This document shows, piece after piece, positions 29,101 to 37,457 of a stretch of 64,000 bases of DNA. Origin of the DNA: Candidatus Omnitrophota bacterium (GTDB lineage Bacteria > Omnitrophota > Gorgyraeia > JABMRG01 > JAFGKX01); the NCBI GenBank assembly GCA_043797125.1, contig JAZDPX010000045.1:8338-72337 (forward strand), in the 5' to 3' direction. The notes below the pieces were generated by a model. It was not told the DNA's origin. It saw only the letters and a program-made list of their open reading frames with translations, and searched no databases. Within the stretch, counting starts at the first letter, position 1; every line of letters starts with the position of its first letter. The position numbers were made by a program, and so were the translations under genes.

Positions 29101-29561
29101 AGCTCTTTGAGCGCGGCTTTGCCTTTTTCCTTGTTAAATGTATCTAGCCTTAAAAGTATCCGCAGTTTAAGAAAATAGATTATTATTTTTGTTATATCAA
29201 AATGATGCGTCGCTTCCTCGTCTTCCAAAAACTGCCAGCGTATCCGCTCAAACGCTATTTCTTTTTCAAGCGGGTTATCCTGCTTAAAGACACCGTTTAA
29301 TATCTGCGGTATTGTTTTTCCGTGCGTGTTTTTTCTGAACCAGCCGAGCGCTTCGCGCAGACCGTTGTCAAACTCTCGCCAGCACGCTAAAAAAGCTCTG
29401 GGCTCTGGGCTGTGGGCGTTACTAGCTTCAAGAAGCCCAAGTTCTTTCTCGCTTAACCACTTCCCGCATTCTGCGAGAAATTCCTCTTTGCCAATCGGCG
29501 CCTTTTTACCAAACTCGAGATACGGCAAAGACGCGACAAGATAATAATATTTATCTGACAT
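29082..29561 (-). CDS. Hypothetical protein of the V-ATPase operon, DUF2764-like (position equivalent to the conserved hypothetical between E and A in chlamydial/treponemal operons)
   Basis: N-terminus is MSDKYYYLVASLPYLEF. The assignment rests on its position between E and A and on a recalled N-terminal signature, so it is uncertain. Confidence 0.45.
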   Translation of the reverse strand: MSDKYYYLVASLPYLEFGKKAPIGKEEFLAECGKWLSEKELGLLEASNAHSPEPRAFLACWREFDNGLREALGWFRKNTHGKTIPQILNGVFKQDNPLEKEIAFERIRWQFLEDEEATHHFDITKIIIYFLKLRILLRLDTFNKEKGKAALKELCAINY

Positions 29562-29565
29562 TTGT

Positions 29566-30165
29566 CTATTTGGAGTCCAACAGGCTCGCTAGTTTCGGGT
29601 TTAAGTGCGCCTTAAGCGCGTAAAGAACAGCTTCCTGCGTAAAATCATAATAATAATCTTTCCCCTTTTCGCCTATTCTAAAACCGCTGTCTATGCCGGC
29701 GGCTGCTTTAAAGCTTACGCCCTTTCGCATTTCAGCAGAAAGCTCGCTAAGCAAGGCCTTTTCAATACCGGATTTGTCTTTTTCATTTAACAGGACTTCT
29801 ATATCCGCGATGCCCTGTTTGCTAAAACCCTTCACAGCTTCCAATAACAGATTTTTTAAATCCGCGTCAAGGTGCTTAGCGATATGGTTTTTCAGCACCT
29901 TGTCAAAAAGCTCTGTTATCTGCGACTTCAAAGAAAGTACCGTGTCCCTGGCCGCGTGTTTTAGCGCCTCTTGCGAGGCCTTTTGAAAATCATTGGCCTG
30001 ATTTTGGGCCTGTTTTAAAATAGCGTCTTTTTGCTGGTTTGCCTCTTTGGCAATCTGGCTTGCCTGCGCCTTTGCCTGCTTAATTATTTCATCAGCCTGC
30101 TTTTGCGCTTCTTTTACGCCGTCCTGCTTTATTTTATCGATTAAATTTTGAAGCTGCGCCTGCAT
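29566..30165 (-). CDS. ntpE: V/A-type ATP synthase subunit E (peripheral stalk)
   Basis: Lys/Ala/Gln-rich N-terminal coiled coil (...AKQKAEEIIKQAKAQASQIAKEA...). Length 199 aa. First gene of the cluster. Confidence 0.75.
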   Translation of the reverse strand: MQAQLQNLIDKIKQDGVKEAQKQADEIIKQAKAQASQIAKEANQQKDAILKQAQNQANDFQKASQEALKHAARDTVLSLKSQITELFDKVLKNHIAKHLDADLKNLLLEAVKGFSKQGIADIEVLLNEKDKSGIEKALLSELSAEMRKGVSFKAAAGIDSGFRIGEKGKDYYYDFTQEAVLYALKAHLNPKLASLLDSK

Positions 30166-30197
30166 TTGAAAGCTCCTTAGGTAAAATCTGCTTTTAA

Positions 30198-30234
30198 GTA
30201 GCGGAGCCTTAAGGCTCCGCTACTTTGTGGATAA
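30198..30234. repeat. Palindromic element copy D (core 30198-30223 + tttgtggataa) in the 5' leader of the V-ATPase operon
   Basis: Read from the sequence. Confidence 0.9.
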
Positions 30235-30281
30235 TTATGTTACAGACAGCTAATTTATAGAATAGACTAAAATACAGTAGT

Positions 30282-30310
30282 AAAATAACATTTATTCTTA
30301 TAATTGTCAA
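30282..30310 (-). promoter_or_regulatory. Candidate promoter of the V-ATPase operon: TTGACA-N17-TATTTT (minus strand)
   Basis: tgtcaa at 30305-30310 on the plus strand is TTGACA on the minus strand. It is followed by a leader containing the 26-nt palindromic element and SD aaggag before ntpE. Confidence 0.3.
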
Positions 30311-30334
30311 GGGGGGAAATGGGGACTATTCTGA

Positions 30335-31534
30335 CTATTCTAACCTGGTTAGATTTCTAGAAAAAACTTCGTTAATGTGTTGCCATGGCAGCGCGAAGAC
30401 TCTTTCGCTTAACTTTATTTTGCGCGGGACATGGCAAATAAGAAATCCTGTTTTCGCCGACTTATACTCGGAAAGAAAGACTTCTAAATGGCGTATATCG
30501 CTTGACGCGGGGTTCCCCGTTAATTTAACTTCAATCGGGGTGTAAACACCGTCCTCGTCAACAACCCAATCAACTTCAGGGCCGTCGGGATCTCTCCAAA
30601 ACCTAATTTTGGTTCCCCGGCCTTTTATACGCGTGCCCCTTAAGAGCTCGAGGCCGATGAACTGCTCAAACAGCAGCCCCATCGTATCCCTGGCCAACTT
30701 TACCCCTTCATGCGCCGCAAGGCGCCTTACTCCAAGATCAAAAAATAAATACTTCTCGGACTTGGTAAGTTTTTTTCTCGTCTTGCTTTGAGTCAAAGGT
30801 TCAATTCGTTCTGCAATAAGGCAGTCCTCTAATATCTGGTAGTAAGCGGCTATCGTGGTGTGGGAAACTCCTATTTCCTGCGATAATTTTCTTAAGTTGA
30901 TGATGCCGCCTGATTCGGAAGCCCCTAATTCCAGAAATCTTGCAAAATTTCCGAGATTGCGCACGGCGGCTTCAGCGCGGATTTCTTCTTCCAAATAAGT
31001 TGTTACATACGATTCTAAGTCAGCCTCTCTGTCAGAGTAATTTCCAATGGTAAGGATGCCCGGCAATGAACCGTATAAAAGTCGTTCGTTTAAATCCTTT
31101 GCCGGCACCTCCCGCAGGCTAAATGGATCCATGCGAAACGCAACAATACGCCCTGGAAGGAGATTAACCTGTGTTCCCCTGCGAAGTTTTCGGGCGCTTG
31201 AACCCGTAAGGATAAAATTTGCCTTTTTGTGATCGATTAAATCCTGAACGACATCGAGAATAGACGGCACTTTCTGAACTTCGTCCAAAATAACAAGCAA
31301 TCTTTTGCCTGATTTTGGGGCTTTCAACGATTCGACCTCTCCTTTGAGTAAATGCGGCGATTTTTCATATCTTTGCCGCACGTCCGGCTGGACAAATGAA
31401 ATTAATAAATCATGATCGAATCTGTTAATCAGTGTTGTCTTGCCTGTTTGCCGAGCTCCGAGCAAAAGAACGCTTTTGCTCCTATTCAATGTGTGTCTGA
31501 TTCTGTCTTCTATAAGCCTGTTTATGTATTTCAT
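30335..31534 (-). CDS. AAA+ ATPase with DUF4143-type C-terminal domain, copy 2 (paralogue of 5950..7173)
   Basis: Walker A LLGARQTGKTTL and Walker B LVILDEVQ. Same architecture as copy 1. Confidence 0.75.
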   Translation of the reverse strand: MKYINRLIEDRIRHTLNRSKSVLLLGARQTGKTTLINRFDHDLLISFVQPDVRQRYEKSPHLLKGEVESLKAPKSGKRLLVILDEVQKVPSILDVVQDLIDHKKANFILTGSSARKLRRGTQVNLLPGRIVAFRMDPFSLREVPAKDLNERLLYGSLPGILTIGNYSDREADLESYVTTYLEEEIRAEAAVRNLGNFARFLELGASESGGIINLRKLSQEIGVSHTTIAAYYQILEDCLIAERIEPLTQSKTRKKLTKSEKYLFFDLGVRRLAAHEGVKLARDTMGLLFEQFIGLELLRGTRIKGRGTKIRFWRDPDGPEVDWVVDEDGVYTPIEVKLTGNPASSDIRHLEVFLSEYKSAKTGFLICHVPRKIKLSERVFALPWQHINEVFSRNLTRLE

Positions 31535-31541
31535 AGTTTAC

Positions 31542-31570
31542 ATTATCGCCGAAAATGGATTACTTGTCAA
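31542..31570 (-). promoter_or_regulatory. Candidate promoter TTGACA-N17-GATAAT for AAA+ ATPase copy 2, -10 ends 7 nt before the ATG (possible leaderless mRNA)
   Basis: Minus strand reads TTGACAagtaatccattttcggcGATAATgtaaactATG. No SD is present. Confidence 0.3.
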
Positions 31571-31624
31571 CAAAATTCTGTATATTATAAAGTAGCCCGA
31601 GTCTCTAACGGCAGAAAAGAGGTA

Positions 31625-34093
31625 CTACGCCGCGGACCGGATTGCTGCTTCTGTATTGTGGATTTCGACTGAGATGCTTTTGAATTGGGCTTCTATGCTG
31701 GCCTCTATGCGAGAGATTGCTTTTTCGACATTTTCGGCAAAATCGGTTTGGTTTTTCATCTCTATATAATACGCCCCGAGTATAACCGCCGGTACGCCAT
31801 CCTGATCCGGCATATCGCCTATGGAAATACACTGCTTCGCGGTAATGCCGAACTTTTTTAATGCATCCAGCCCTTTCTGATAAATTCCCGTATCCGGTTT
31901 TTTGACGCCTGCTCTATCCTGCGTAATTATGTACTCATCCTCGAAAAAGTCATTCAGCTCGGCGAGCTTTATCCAAAGCATTGTGGTCTCATAGTCATCG
32001 TTGGTCACGATGACAAAACGATATTTCTTTTGCAGCCTTCTTAACGTTTCTATAACTTGATAGTTTGGCTTTAGGTGTTTTTTAAGTTCTTTCTCTCCAA
32101 GCGCTTTCTTGCCTTCCCGCTGCTGTTCTGGGGTAATTTTAAGCCTATCTCTAATGTCAGATACCGGCACCTGCTGCTTGTTTGTTTCTTTAATATAATT
32201 TTGCTTTTCCTCTTCTATTTTTTTTATTGCTTGGCTAAAAGCATCCGGATTGGTGTCGGGATCAGCCTCCATTACATATTTGCAATAACTCCATGCGAGG
32301 GCCTTAAAAGAAAAAACAGCCCGTAAATCCGGGACAAGCGTCCCCTGAAAATCAAGCAGCAGGGCTTTTATCGGACTATATGAGCCGGCCGAAACAACCA
32401 TGCCTACCTTTCCTTCGAAAAAGGCCTTCGGGCCCGCGTTTAATGCCTTGAGCAGCCTTTCTTTTTTGGTGCCGACTAAACAAACTTCGCTTTTAGTCGC
32501 TCTTAATATAACTACATGCCCGAGCCAGGAAGGAATAACCTGCGAAATATCAACCTCGAAAAGATATTCTCTGTCCGATGTAATTACGCGATAATAAACA
32601 TCGCCTACAAAAATATTTGAAAGATTGCTCGTTAATTCGGTTTTTATTGGGTCGCCTTCCCGCAAATCCGCAGGATACATGCCGCTTGCGGTAAATATAT
32701 TATCTGAAATAACCTGAATCTGCCCGGAGTTTCGCAGTTTAGTAAATTCTTCGGCTAGTTTTTGCAGGGTTTTAAATTCGCTTTGTTCCAGCGCTTTTGC
32801 CGTAGCATCTATATCGGAAAGTGTAACGTCACTTACAAATGTCGGAAAAGGTTTGGTGTATAATTTTACCACCGGGGCGTTAAGCTTATCTGTTTGCCGC
32901 GCCCTTGCCAACAGCACCGATAATGCCAAAACATTTAAAAGTTCGGGGCCGGTATTGTCCATAAAAATGCCTATGGGCCTATCTAATGGCTCGTTTACAT
33001 AAAATTGAGCGATTTCCTCGGAGTCGTCCGCAACTATAATCTCCGGCTTATAAAGCTTGTGCGCCCAGTTCAAATCAACGGAATTGCCAAACATAACCCC
33101 TCTCAAAGAATTGGCTATTTGCTCAATTGTTGGTTTGGCATCAAAATCAACATCTGCTAAGTTGGCATTCAGTTCTTCAAGGGCCTCTGATGATAAGTTA
33201 TCCGCTTTCTTACCAGAAAAAGGATCGAATCTTTTGCCTTGCGGGTCGTCAAAATATCCGGCAGCCACCATTTTCAGGTATTCAAAATAAGAGGCCGCGT
33301 GCATCAGGGGAAATTTATCATTAACCCAGCTTTGCCCGAAAAACTTACTTACTTGCTTAGCCCAGGACTCGGCATAAGGAATTTGATCAATGGGCTTTTC
33401 TGAAACTTCATCCGGCCTAGGAATCAACCCCGAGTTCATTACCGAGTCTCTTAATTTTTCTAAATTGCTTTTTCTTTCCGGCGTCAGGCGGTTTGCCTTA
33501 TTTAATATTTCTAATAGCCCTTCTCCTTTAAATGCTGCGCCAATCCCGTCGATTTTTCCTATGGCTTTTGCCTTGCCTGGTAAATCTTTTTCTCTGGCTA
33601 AGGTCCCTTCCGCGTCACCTGGGGTTCGCTGCCTTGGCAAAAATTCCATCGGCACAGGCGTTCCATCGGCTTTAAAAACAATGCCTTTGGGGTTTATTAT
33701 CCATGTTTCTTCAATGCCCTTGCTAAGGCAGTCTCCCAGCGTACTATGTTCGACTATAATATAAACAAGCCGCTCCTGGGCAACAATATCGGGTTTTTTC
33801 GAATCAGTAATTCGAAACGTCTTTGTCCGAACTACAAACCCATGGCGTTCTGCATCAGAAGATTCATACGCGATATGAGATTCCCAGCCCGGTTCGGGTA
33901 AGGAAAAATTGAGAACCTTTTTGCTGTCCCCGGTAAGTTGGCTTAACAAAGTATTAAATATTTCTTCTCGTTTTTGGCTTCCAAGCGGAATATTTTTTGG
34001 TATGGAAATTTCATAAGACATCGGGCGCAAACCTAATGCCTGTTGCGGACAAACTAATATTATGATAAGAATAATTATTATTGTATTTCGCAT
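31625..34093 (-). CDS. Secreted 822-aa protein: N-terminal signal peptide, large N-terminal region with possible DUF89/ARMT1-like metal-dependent phosphatase motifs, C-terminal HAD-superfamily hydrolase domain
   Basis: Signal peptide MRNTIIIILIIILVCPQQALG. HAD-like motif I is LLLDFQGTLV (Asp nucleophile present, Asp+2 replaced by Gln), with a downstream FVIVTNDD...GDMPDQD segment. The region FMDNTGPELL ... VGDVYYRV is reminiscent of DUF89 DNxGxE / GDxxYR signatures, with low certainty. Confidence 0.5.
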   Translation of the reverse strand: MRNTIIIILIIILVCPQQALGLRPMSYEISIPKNIPLGSQKREEIFNTLLSQLTGDSKKVLNFSLPEPGWESHIAYESSDAERHGFVVRTKTFRITDSKKPDIVAQERLVYIIVEHSTLGDCLSKGIEETWIINPKGIVFKADGTPVPMEFLPRQRTPGDAEGTLAREKDLPGKAKAIGKIDGIGAAFKGEGLLEILNKANRLTPERKSNLEKLRDSVMNSGLIPRPDEVSEKPIDQIPYAESWAKQVSKFFGQSWVNDKFPLMHAASYFEYLKMVAAGYFDDPQGKRFDPFSGKKADNLSSEALEELNANLADVDFDAKPTIEQIANSLRGVMFGNSVDLNWAHKLYKPEIIVADDSEEIAQFYVNEPLDRPIGIFMDNTGPELLNVLALSVLLARARQTDKLNAPVVKLYTKPFPTFVSDVTLSDIDATAKALEQSEFKTLQKLAEEFTKLRNSGQIQVISDNIFTASGMYPADLREGDPIKTELTSNLSNIFVGDVYYRVITSDREYLFEVDISQVIPSWLGHVVILRATKSEVCLVGTKKERLLKALNAGPKAFFEGKVGMVVSAGSYSPIKALLLDFQGTLVPDLRAVFSFKALAWSYCKYVMEADPDTNPDAFSQAIKKIEEEKQNYIKETNKQQVPVSDIRDRLKITPEQQREGKKALGEKELKKHLKPNYQVIETLRRLQKKYRFVIVTNDDYETTMLWIKLAELNDFFEDEYIITQDRAGVKKPDTGIYQKGLDALKKFGITAKQCISIGDMPDQDGVPAVILGAYYIEMKNQTDFAENVEKAISRIEASIEAQFKSISVEIHNTEAAIRSAA

Positions 34094-34178
34094 TTTGGTA
34101 TTTTTGGATAAGATATTTATAAAAGTATATCACAAGTTGGTTAAAAAAGCAAGTTTTTTCTTATTCCTAACCTGGTTA

Positions 34179-34198
34179 CCTGCCTGCCGGCAGGCAGG
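34179..34198. repeat. 20-nt perfect GC-rich palindrome CCTGCCTGCCGGCAGGCAGG in the pyrE-downstream / secreted-protein-upstream intergenic region
   Basis: Read from the sequence. No U-tract follows on either strand. Confidence 0.7.
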
Positions 34199-34270
34199 GA
34201 TTTGTCAGATTAGACACACGACTCACGACTCAATACGCACTACGAACCGCGAGAAATTAGTTGCTGGGTT

Positions 34271-34837
34271 TTATTTCTGCTTAGAGCCGGGTTTATCCAC
34301 TGGTATGCCCTGTTTGCATAAGGGGCATTTATCGGGAGGGTAAGTTACTACTGTAATTTTTTGCAGGCTTTTAAGCGGTATTTTGCCGAATATGTTTTTC
34401 TTACCACAGCGGTCTATTATGCAGCCAACACCGACAACTTCACCTCCGCAAGAGTTTACTACATCTATTACTTCCTTTGTCGAGCCGCCTGTTGTTATGA
34501 CATCTTCAACCACTAAAAGGCGCTCGCCTTTTGCTATTTTAAAATTTCTTCTAAGCAGCATCTGGCCGTCTTTTCTTTCTGTAAAAAGCGACGGCACGCC
34601 AAGAGCCCTTGCAAGCTCATATGAAACTAGAATGCCGCCTATCGCAGGGGCGATAACCGCGTCTACTTTTACACCTTTGAATTTTTTCGCAAGTTCTTTG
34701 CAAAGTTTTTCAGCGTATTTGGGATATTTAAGCACAGAGGCACATTGAATATATTTTGCGCTGTGCAGGCCGCTTGACAGAACGAAGTGGCCTTGAAGCA
34801 ACGCATTAGTTTCTTTAAGTAAATTTAATACATTCAT
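34271..34837 (-). CDS. pyrE: Orotate phosphoribosyltransferase
   Basis: MNVLNLLKETNALLQGHFVLSSGLHSAKYIQ... with PRTase motif VVEDVITTGGS. Confidence 0.9.
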   Translation of the reverse strand: MNVLNLLKETNALLQGHFVLSSGLHSAKYIQCASVLKYPKYAEKLCKELAKKFKGVKVDAVIAPAIGGILVSYELARALGVPSLFTERKDGQMLLRRNFKIAKGERLLVVEDVITTGGSTKEVIDVVNSCGGEVVGVGCIIDRCGKKNIFGKIPLKSLQKITVVTYPPDKCPLCKQGIPVDKPGSKQK

Positions 34838-34849
34838 ACAAAAATATAA

Positions 34850-34887
34850 GTAGCGGAGCCTTAAGGCTCCGCTACGGTTGTGGATAA
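34850..34887. repeat. Palindromic element copy E (core 34850-34875 + GGTTGTGGATAA); pyrF reads into it and stops at the central TTAA
   Basis: On the coding strand, TTA TCC ACA ACC GTA GCG GAG CCT TAA translates to L S T T V A E P stop. Confidence 0.9.
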
Positions 34888-35562
34888 CTCCCTTGCAGCT
34901 TTTGCCGGGTCAATAGCTTCAGTTATCGGCCGTCCTATAACAATAAAATCCGCGCCCTTTTTTAAGGCCCACTGCGGGGTAGCGATTCTTTTCTGGTCAA
35001 ACGCCGCGCTTGTTGCGGGCCGAACCCCGGGGGTTACAATTACAAAATTCCTGCCGCACGCAGCTCTTACCGCGCTTATTTCCTGCGGCGAGCACACAAC
35101 GCCGTCTGCGCCTGATTGCTTCGCTAACTTCGCCAAATACATAACCTGCCTTATTGGCGGACGACTTATGCCCAATTTGTTTAAAGCGCTTTTATCCATG
35201 CTTGTCAATACTGTTACAGCCAAAAGAACAGGCCTTCTGTCTTTTGGTAATGATTTTATCGCGCCTGCAGCTGCCTTAATCATCTCGCTGCCGCCTGATG
35301 CGTGTATATTAAGCATAATAGGATGCAGTTTGCAGGCAGCTTTAATCGCTTTTGCGACGGTGTTTGGTATGTCGTGGAATTTTAAATCTAAAAATACATC
35401 TGCGCCGGCGGCCTTTACCATTTTCACCGCTTCAGGCCCCGCAGCTGTAAATAGCTCGCTTCCGATTTTGAAGATTTTTATGGTCGGATAGAGTTTATCG
35501 ACGAGCTCTTTTGCCTTCTCTAGGGAATCTACGTCAAGCGCTACAATAATTTTGTTATTCAT
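34861..35562 (-). CDS. pyrF: Orotidine 5'-phosphate decarboxylase
   Basis: MNNKIIVALDVDSLEKAKELVDKL...KIFKIG. The C-terminal 8 residues (LSTTVAEP) and the stop codon are supplied by the palindromic repeat element. Confidence 0.9.
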   Translation of the reverse strand: MNNKIIVALDVDSLEKAKELVDKLYPTIKIFKIGSELFTAAGPEAVKMVKAAGADVFLDLKFHDIPNTVAKAIKAACKLHPIMLNIHASGGSEMIKAAAGAIKSLPKDRRPVLLAVTVLTSMDKSALNKLGISRPPIRQVMYLAKLAKQSGADGVVCSPQEISAVRAACGRNFVIVTPGVRPATSAAFDQKRIATPQWALKKGADFIVIGRPITEAIDPAKAARELSTTVAEP

Positions 35563-35570
35563 AATCTTAA

Positions 35571-35608
35571 GTAGCGGAGCCTTAAGGCTCCGCTACGGTT
35601 GTGGATAA
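35571..35608. repeat. Palindromic element copy F (core 35571-35596 + GGTTGTGGATAA); pyrD reads into it and stops at the central TTAA; pyrF ATG 9 nt downstream
   Basis: PyrD and PyrF share an identical C-terminus STTVAEP encoded by the element. Confidence 0.9.
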
Positions 35609-36520
35609 TTTCCCTACTATATCCCTTACCCTGGTAAACCCTTTTCTCTGCAAATATCTCTCGATGCCCTCCGCTGCCGCTATTGCTGCCCGCGGATTCA
35701 CAAAATTCGCAGTGCCTATCTGAACAGCTTGCGCGCCGCACAATAAAAATTCAATGGCATCCTGGCCTGTCATTATACCGCCTATTCCTATTACCGGTAT
35801 TTCGACGGCTTTTGCCGTTTCCCAGACAATGCGCAGCGCTATCGGCTTTATCGCCGGGCCGCTTAATCCGCCTGTTATATTGCCCAGGCGCGGCTTTTGC
35901 GTTTCTATATCAACTGCCATGCCTCTGATTGTGTTTATAACTGAAATCGCGTCAGCTCCTGCTTTTTCAACAGCCTTTGCTATTTCGCAAATATCTGCTA
36001 CGTCGGGGGAAAGCTTGACTATAACTGTCTTTTTTGTGTTTTTCTTAACCACCTTTGTAACAGCGGCAGCTGCTTTCGCATCCTGCGCAAACAACTTGTG
36101 ACTTGTGACTTGGTGACGTGGTGACCCTACATTTGGGCACGATATATTCACTTCAACCCCCGCCACCCCCGCAATATCTAACAACCCCGCCAACCTGCCA
36201 TATTCCTCTATTTTCTCGCCTGCGATGCTTACAACAACAGGGATGCCTATGTTTTTCAAGTATGGCAGTTTAGTCCTTATAAAATCCTCAACGCCCTCGT
36301 TTTGCAAGCCTATGGCATTGAGCATTCCTGCTGTTGTCTCCCAAATCCGAGGCGGGATATTGCCCTGCCTCGGGTTTAATGTAACGGACTTGGTTATAAC
36401 AGCGCCTAATTTTTTTAAATCTATTAAATCCTTAAATTCCTCGGCATAACCAAATGTGCCTGAGGCAACCATTACGGGATTTTGTAATTTTATTTTTCCG
36501 ATTTTAACCGATGTGTCCAC
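35582..36520 (-). CDS. pyrD: Dihydroorotate dehydrogenase (class 1B) catalytic subunit
   Basis: MDTSVKIGKIKLQNPVMVASGTFGY... Same repeat-derived LSTTVAEP C-terminus. Confidence 0.9.
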   Translation of the reverse strand: MDTSVKIGKIKLQNPVMVASGTFGYAEEFKDLIDLKKLGAVITKSVTLNPRQGNIPPRIWETTAGMLNAIGLQNEGVEDFIRTKLPYLKNIGIPVVVSIAGEKIEEYGRLAGLLDIAGVAGVEVNISCPNVGSPRHQVTSHKLFAQDAKAAAAVTKVVKKNTKKTVIVKLSPDVADICEIAKAVEKAGADAISVINTIRGMAVDIETQKPRLGNITGGLSGPAIKPIALRIVWETAKAVEIPVIGIGGIMTGQDAIEFLLCGAQAVQIGTANFVNPRAAIAAAEGIERYLQRKGFTRVRDIVGKLSTTVAEP

Positions 36521-37362
36521 TAAAATACTACCTCCGCCAAATCAAACACCGGACCATCCTTGCAGACCTTTTTATACCCACCGGTAGTGTTAATAACGCA
36601 GCCCAAGCAGGCGCCTAAACCGCAGCCCATTCTTTCCTCAAAAGACCCTTGCGCTTTTAATTTATAGTACCTGCAAATCTTGGCTACTTCTTTAAGCATG
36701 GGCTTGCATCCGCACGTGTAAAGGCCGACTTGCGGATGATAGCTCGCTATCGTAACTTCAGAAGCATCTTTTTCAGCCAAAGAGCCGGAGTTGTTTCTTA
36801 AGTCAAATCTTTTTATGACACCAACCAAGGCATCTGTTACCAGGCCGCGCTCGCCCCTTGAGCCATCCTCTGTAACAACAACGACATTTGCCTTTAAACT
36901 TCTGAATTCTCTTTCACATATAATATAATCCGCTGTCTTTGCGCCTAAAATAACTGTTATATGCTTCTTTCTGAATTTTACCAGCTCATCGCACAAAGCC
37001 ATTAAGGGTGCAGCGCCCATGCCGCCGGCAACTATTATAAAATTTGTCTGCGTCTTTTCAATTTTAAACCCGTTTCCCAGCGGGCCGATAACATCCAAAT
37101 ACGTGCCCTTTGAGCGCCGGCACATAAGCTGCGTTCCCCTGCCAACGACCTTGTATAAAAGCTCGATGATATTAGGCCTGTTCCCGGCGCGGTAAATGCT
37201 TAAGGGCCGCCTTAATAACGGATCGTAGTCGCTGCCCGCGCGAATATGAAAAAACTGGCCCGGCTTGATTGCGCCTTTAAAACTCTCGAGGCGCAGGACC
37301 ATGTTAAAATAATCCGGGGCAATTCTCTGGTTTACTAATATCTCTGCTTTTGTGTGGATCAT
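36520..37362 (-). CDS. pyrK: Dihydroorotate dehydrogenase electron-transfer subunit (FAD / 2Fe-2S)
   Basis: C-terminal Cys cluster CGCK...CGLGACLGC. Length 280 aa. Confidence 0.85.
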   Translation of the reverse strand: MIHTKAEILVNQRIAPDYFNMVLRLESFKGAIKPGQFFHIRAGSDYDPLLRRPLSIYRAGNRPNIIELLYKVVGRGTQLMCRRSKGTYLDVIGPLGNGFKIEKTQTNFIIVAGGMGAAPLMALCDELVKFRKKHITVILGAKTADYIICEREFRSLKANVVVVTEDGSRGERGLVTDALVGVIKRFDLRNNSGSLAEKDASEVTIASYHPQVGLYTCGCKPMLKEVAKICRYYKLKAQGSFEERMGCGLGACLGCVINTTGGYKKVCKDGPVFDLAEVVF

Positions 37363-37457
37363 AAAAGTTTAAAATGCAAAATGCAAAATTTCAATTCAAA
37401 ATTAAAAAAATTGAATTTTTGAATTTTTAATTGCAATTTTACATTTTTAATTTTTAA

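Noticed and set aside
30311-30316. Short G6 run near the V-ATPase promoter
   Set aside because: It is too short to be a convincing slippage tract. Only the 9-G run at 15918-15926 was retained.
34166-34180. ttcctaacctggtta resembling the 3' end of AAA+ ATPase copy 2 (ttctaacctggttag at 30328-30342) as a possible gene remnant
   Set aside because: Only about 14 nt match, with no extended similarity on either side. This is most likely chance.
36095-36125. Tandem gtgacttgtgacttggtgacgtggtgac repeat
   Set aside because: It lies inside pyrD and translates in frame to conserved-looking protein (PRHQVTSHKLFAQ). This is coding-sequence coincidence and not a regulatory repeat.
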